The position numbers and the translations under genes were made by a program. Positions 61,469-64,000 of a DNA stretch of 64,000 nucleotides are shown here, one piece after another (position 1 is the first letter of the stretch; every line of letters begins with the position of its first letter). The stretch covers positions 3,348,001 through 3,412,000 of the forward strand of contig NC_090404.1 in assembly GCF_036365525.1 (NCBI RefSeq). Direction: 5' to 3'. This DNA comes from Heterodontus francisci. Its lineage: Eukaryota. The notes under the pieces are model-generated. The model made no database searches. It was not told the origin of the DNA and saw only the letters and a program-made list of their open reading frames with translations.

Positions 61469-61932
61469 ATGAGGTCAAGAATATCTTTCAGCCTGTTGTT
61501 CGGTTTCCTATCCGGTACGTAGCAAGAATTTTTCCAAATGTGTCTCATTCGCTGTTATTTCCCCCCGGAAGGTGTTCAAAAACCAGGAGCCACTTCACCA
61601 TAACGAATGCTTTTTTTCATTTTAAAGTTGTCCAGTCGGATGTGGTGCTAACTCAGCCAGAGGCAGAGGCGCGGCGACCCTGGCAAGCCCTGACACTGAC
61701 CTGTAAAACCAGCGGGTTCGATCTCCGCAGCTACTGGATGTGTTGGTACCGACAACATCCCGGGAAGGGCCTGGATTGGATAGTCTCGTACTATAGTGAA
61801 GACAGCAAACAGTACAGTCAAGAGTTTAGAAATAGAGTTATTGCTTCCAAAGACCTTTCAGCCAAGATATTCGTTTTACGCATCAGGACATTGACAATGG
61901 AAGACTCCGCTACTTATTATTGTGCACAGAGG
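61469..61932 (+). CDS. V11: IgM-VH-like germline V segment, apparently functional, inverted orientation (leader 61469-61514, V exon 61628-61932)
   Basis: [30 protein letters not shown]...YWMCWYRQ...[14 protein letters not shown] intron. Confidence 0.92.
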
Positions 61933-61971
61933 CACAGTGAGACGGATCAGACCCAGATCTGTACAAAAAAC
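61933..61971 (+). other. V11 23-RSS
   Basis: CACAGTG-AGACGGATCAGACCCAGATCTGT(23)-ACAAAAAAC. Confidence 0.93.
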
Positions 61972-62039
61972 AGAAGAGGAAATGCAGCAGTTTCCGCCAT
62001 TATCAAACGCCAATAAGTCCAGTGTTAACAGCATGCCAT

Positions 62040-63400
62040 AGAAATATACGGAGAAGAAGGAGGCCATTCAGCCCATCATGCCTGTACCAGCTCCTTCAAA
62101 GAACAATTCAATTGGCCCCCAGCCCGAGTCTTTCAGCGTAATCCTTCATGTTTTTATTTTCCTTTTGAGTATTTAGCCAATTTGAAAGTTATTACTGAAT
62201 TTGGTTGCACCAGTCTTTCGGGCAGTTTATTCCCGATCATAACAACTCGCAGTGTAATCCTTTTATCCTCACGTCGCCTCTAGTTCTTTGGTCAATGACA
62301 TTCAATCTGCGTTTTCTGATTAACCACCCTCCTGCCCCCAGACACAGTTTCTCCTTTTTTACTCTATCAAAGTCTCCAGGGATTTGAAAACCTCTATCGA
62401 ATCTTCCCCTAACCTTCACTGTTCCAAGGAAAAGTAAACCAATTTCTCGAGAGTCTCCACCTAATTGCAGTCTGTTGTTCCTGCTGCCATGCCAATAAAT
62501 CTCCTCTGCACTCCCTACAAGACCTTGACATCCTTCGTAAAATGCTCTACTCCAGTAGCAACCAAACCACAGTATTCTAAATGGTTACCAGGACATCTCT
62601 GCTTTTGTACTCATTGCCTTCATTTATAAAGCCACGGGTCTAATTTTGTTTCTTAACGGCCTTGTCAAATTGATCTGCCACTTTCAAAGACACGAGTATG
62701 TAAAATCTGCCCTGTTTACATTGTACGTTTTAGTTTTAGTGCCTCTCTTCCTTTTTCTGACCAAAATGGATCACTTGACATTTCCCTGCATTTAATTTCA
62801 TCTGCCAACTGTCAGCCTATTCCAAAAAACCGCCTACATCTTTCTACAATCTGTTACAATCCTCCTCACTGTGTATTGCATTAAAGAGATTTGCGTCATC
62901 TGCAAACGTTGATTTTATTTTATTCTCGAGTCCAAGTCATAAATATATATAAACAAAAAATGCTGTGGTCCTAACACCGACCACTGGGGACACCACTACG
63001 CCATTCCTTCCGGTCTGAAAGACAACTGTTTACCACGACACTCCTTTCCGCCCCTTACCAACATTGCATTGGGACAGCAACTGTCCCATAAATCACATGG
63101 GTGATAATTTTCCAGTAAATTATTGATGCGGTACTTTTTGAAACACCATTTGAAGGTCTATACACAACAGCAAACGCAATACCCTCATCCAACCTCTTAG
63201 TTACTGCGTCAAAGAACTCAATCATGTTAGTCGAATACGATTTTCCTAAAACACCATGGTGACTTTTAATTATTATTAACCCATCTGTGTTCTGGTGGGA
63301 TTTAATTTCCCCCCGGATTCATGGCACTAAAACCTTCCCGATACCGACCTAGGCTGACTCACCGATAATTTCTGGTTTCACTATTCTCTCCTTTTTTTGC
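62040..63400 (-). mobile_element. Old CR1 fragment (V cassette 3' flank)
   Basis: Inverted paralog of 44467-45750 and 22660-23770. Confidence 0.75.
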
Positions 63401-64000
63401 ACAGGAGTAGATAAGGTTCTCTTCCACCACGACCTTATCTCAAAAGGTAAAATATTGTTCATTAAGCCTCTGAGTTTAAACCCTTAGTACCCTCCACAAC
63501 CTTGGATGTTTTATGTTTTATTTTGTCGTTTGTTCATTGACGGGATGTCGGCGTCGCTGGTGACGAGAGAACAATTTCCGAACCGGAATTGCTCTTCACG
63601 AGCTCGTGCTATGCCGCCTTTATGGGCCACTGCGGTGAAGGTAATGGCTCAGTGCTCCCAATTAGGAATTTTCAGGATTTTGACCCAGCGACGATGAACT
63701 TATTAATGTATCTTTTCCAATTACGATGTTGTGAGCATTAGAGAGGGAATTGAAGGTAGTGGCTTTCCCAAACGCCTGCTACCATTACTCTTCCCGTCCG
63801 CCCAGCCACGGGAAATAACCTCTCAGTGGCTAACCTGAATCAGAATCTTATATGTTTCAATGAGATCACCTCTCATTCTTCCAAACTTCAGAGAATACAG
63901 GTCCAATTTAATCAGCCCTTCTACTCCTCTATACATGGTGTAGAGGTCACAGTTCATCAAAACATAGGGCTGGATTTTGTGCAGGAGGCAGGGGTTCCCG

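Noticed and set aside
15714-61971. NAR-TCR cassette or camelid-like single-domain V interpretation
   Set aside because: No IgNAR-type V, no V-D-J cassette and no leaderless supporting V with an acceptor. The interface residues G/K-L-x-W are retained despite the FR2 Tyr.

Overview
Vertebrate genomic DNA from a cartilaginous fish (shark), judged from HE1/V-SINE and DeuSINE-type SINEs, CR1/RTE/Tx1/Penelope retroelements and horn/nurse-shark-like VH sequences. The core is an antigen-receptor variable-segment array at about 15.7-62 kb. It holds 11 germline V segments, each followed by a heptamer-spacer-nonamer RSS with a 23 bp spacer (22 bp in V1). Nine are IgM-VH-like ([11 protein letters not shown]...WYRQ...[10 protein letters not shown]...YYCA) and two belong to a distinct IgW-VH-like family. 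Six look intact (leader exon, intron, V exon, RSS) and five are pseudogenes or fragments. Nine lie on the minus strand and two on the plus strand. I found no convincing J or C exon, and only one degenerate D-like element, so this is not the V-D-D-J-C cluster layout typical of shark IgH. It fits better with Ig-like V segments (TAILV or IgHV type) in a TCR alpha/delta-type translocon, which is inference. Other notable points: a 169 bp CDR1-to-CDR2 tract near-identical between two inverted V genes (gene conversion), an inverted duplication of a V pair, and a full-length Tx1 element plus a tail-only insertion at the same position of a 68 bp satellite. There are also Penelope-derived hammerhead-ribozyme motifs, an orphan RSS/D-like relic, and an old inverted duplication carrying a leader-like exon and a decayed Ig-superfamily-like exon. 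All alignments and counts were done by eye.
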